DNA of 61,904 bases, the filler included, from Thermodesulfobacteriota bacterium (GTDB lineage Bacteria; DASVDK01): NCBI GenBank assembly GCA_036381125.1. It is 9 parts of 9 records of this genome, joined end to end, with 100 filler letters (N's around TTAATTAATTAA, not from the genome) between each part and the next. Parts side by side here need not be neighbours in the genome. Positions count along the whole stretch, not along the records: positions 59,640 to 61,904 come from DASVDK010000218.1; 8 more parts are not named here. One strand, given 5' to 3'. The notes beneath the pieces were generated by a model, which was given only the letters and a program-made list of their open reading frames with translations, did not search any database and was not told where the DNA came from. Positions 60,439 to 61,904 of this stretch are shown piece after piece. Positions within the stretch are counted from its first letter, which is position 1. The number at the start of each line of letters is the position of its first letter. Both the position numbers and the translations under genes were made by a program.

Positions 60439-61785
60439 GTGCGCCGGGCCGCCCTCCTCCTCGCCGTCCTGACCCTCGCCGCGCTCGCGGGGACGGCGCA
60501 GGCCGACGTCTTCCAGGTCGTCCCGACGCGGAGCGCCGCGTTCGTCCCGCCGCCGCCGGCGCAGCCGGAGCAGCTCGACTACACGCAGCTGCTCGGCCTC
60601 TGGCAGGGCGCGGGCGCGCAGTACGGCGTGCCGTGGCAGGTGCTCGCGGCGATCAACAAGGTCGAGTCCGACTTCGGCCGCAACATGGGCCCGAGCTCGG
60701 CCGGCGCCGTCGGCTGGATGCAGTTCATGCCGGCCACCTGGCTCGAGTACGGCGTCGACGCGAGCGGCGACGGCGTCGCCGACCCGTGGAACGCGGCCGA
60801 CGCGATCTACTCCGCCGCCCGCTACCTCGCCGCCGCGGGCGCGGCGACCGACCTGTACGGCGCCGTCTTCGCGTACAACCACGCGGACTGGTACGTGCAG
60901 GAGGTGCTCGACCTCGCGCGCCTCTACGGCGGGGACACGAGCGTCGCCTTCACGCTGGACAAGCTGCAGCAGGAGCTGGAGACGGCGCGGGCCACCGTCG
61001 CCCGGGCCGGCGACCGGCTGCTCGCCGCCCGGTCACGCGTCGCCGAGCTGGAGCGGAAGGCCGACCGCGCACCGCTCCTCTCCACCCGGCTCGAGATCCA
61101 GAAGCGCCAGACGATCGCCGAGTTCAGCCGCGCCGCCGCCGCGCGCAGCCTCGCCCACGCGCGCCGCACGCTCGCGCAGGCACAGCAGGCCGCGAAGGCC
61201 GCCTCCTTCAACCGAACCGTCGGCAGCCTGCTCGGCGCGCCCGACGCGTCCTCCGGCTACGTCTTCCCGGTCGGCGGCGGGCCGGGGGTCGTCTCGGTCG
61301 CCCACACCCACCACGACTACCCGGCCGCGGACATCGCGGCGCCGCTCGGCGAGCCCGCCTACGCCCTCGCGAACAGCGTCGTCCAGCGCTCGTGGAGCAC
61401 GCCCGACCCGCGCTGCGGGATCGGCCTGACCCTCCAGGCCTACGACGGCCAGGTCTGGACCTACTGCCACCTCGCCGTGCTCGACCCGGCCGTCACCCCG
61501 GGCGCCGTCCTCTCGGCCGGCCAGCAGGTCGGCCTTGTCGGCGCCACCGGCGACGCCACGGGGCCGCACCTCCACCTCCAGCTGCAGCCCGCGACCTCGT
61601 ATCCGCAGGAGGAGCCCTGGTTCCAGGGCTTCGCCGGGACGGCCTTCTCCTGGCAGGACGAGCCGACGCCGGGCGCTCCCCAGCCGATGGCGCAGCCGAT
61701 TCGGGGCCTGGCCGCCGTCCACCAGGGGCCCGTCTTCCGGGTCGTCCCGGCCGCGCCCACGGCCGTCGTCCTCTTTTCGCGCTAA
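60439..61785 (+). CDS. Secreted lytic transglycosylase - coiled coil - M23 peptidase fusion
   Basis: Signal peptide; LAAINKVES, SSAGAVGWMQFMP, AYNHA; YCHL, TGPHLH. Confidence 0.88.
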   Translation: MRRAALLLAVLTLAALAGTAQADVFQVVPTRSAAFVPPPPAQPEQLDYTQLLGLWQGAGAQYGVPWQVLAAINKVESDFGRNMGPSSAGAVGWMQFMPATWLEYGVDASGDGVADPWNAADAIYSAARYLAAAGAATDLYGAVFAYNHADWYVQEVLDLARLYGGDTSVAFTLDKLQQELETARATVARAGDRLLAARSRVAELERKADRAPLLSTRLEIQKRQTIAEFSRAAAARSLAHARRTLAQAQQAAKAASFNRTVGSLLGAPDASSGYVFPVGGGPGVVSVAHTHHDYPAADIAAPLGEPAYALANSVVQRSWSTPDPRCGIGLTLQAYDGQVWTYCHLAVLDPAVTPGAVLSAGQQVGLVGATGDATGPHLHLQLQPATSYPQEEPWFQGFAGTAFSWQDEPTPGAPQPMAQPIRGLAAVHQGPVFRVVPAAPTAVVLFSR

Positions 61786-61821
61786 ACCGCCGCCCGGTTT
61801 CTGCCGACAAGGAGAGGAGAG

Positions 61822-61904
61822 ATGGGCGTCCGTCTTCCCTCCTTCCTGCCGCGGATCGCGGTCGTGGTCGTGCTCGCGCTCGGCGCGGGCGCCGGCCTGA
61901 CCTA
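61822..61904 (+). CDS. N-terminal fragment of an exported or membrane protein
   Basis: RBS GGAGAGGAG; MGVRLPSFLPRIAVVVVLALGAGAG; runs off the window. Confidence 0.5.
   Translation, partial: MGVRLPSFLPRIAVVVVLALGAGAGLT

Overview
High-GC bacterial DNA (roughly 70-75% by eye), almost certainly from a draft or metagenome-assembled genome. It is nine separate contigs joined by 100-nt N-TTAATTAATTAA-N spacers, so gene neighbourhoods are valid only within a contig: 1-21561, 21662-29547, 29648-36341, 36442-43834, 43935-47235, 47336-51588, 51689-56845, 56946-59539, 59640-61904. Contig 1 holds a GntR/EamA/MFS/AraC/AzlCD export cluster, a SpoVG-like gene, a hybrid histidine kinase, a stand-alone primase-type Zn-finger protein, argJ, and an amide-use cluster (two formamidase-family paralogues, AmiS/UreI, FmdB and the start of a NuoE-like subunit). 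Contig 2 holds a PDH-E1/transketolase-like gene, a CoA-transferase, purE, znuACB and a Fur/Zur regulator. Contig 3 is hslU-argBDFGH. Contig 4 holds cysS, an aspartate aminotransferase, coaD, rsmD, a class II aldolase, DUF72 and TetR. Contig 5 is archease-rtcB-USP with an 81-bp duplication of the rtcB 3' end. Contig 6 is a Mu-like prophage tail and lysis block. Contig 7 holds a kinase-PilZ fusion, a CPA2 antiporter, an HD-GYP regulator, tRNA-Lys and the edge of a probable island. Contig 8 holds coaBC and a nucleotidyltransferase/phosphomannomutase-like gene. Contig 9 holds pilT and a lytic transglycosylase-M23 gene and may come from another organism. The most notable observations are the rtcB tail duplication that forms a mini-ORF, the dual formamidase module with structured leaders, two genes that seem to need CTG starts, tandem GTAAC-N20-GTTAC palindromes before the SpoVG-like gene, an AraC apparently lacking its first HTH, and a sensor-less kinase-PilZ fusion. 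All family calls come from motif recognition by eye; no database searches were run.
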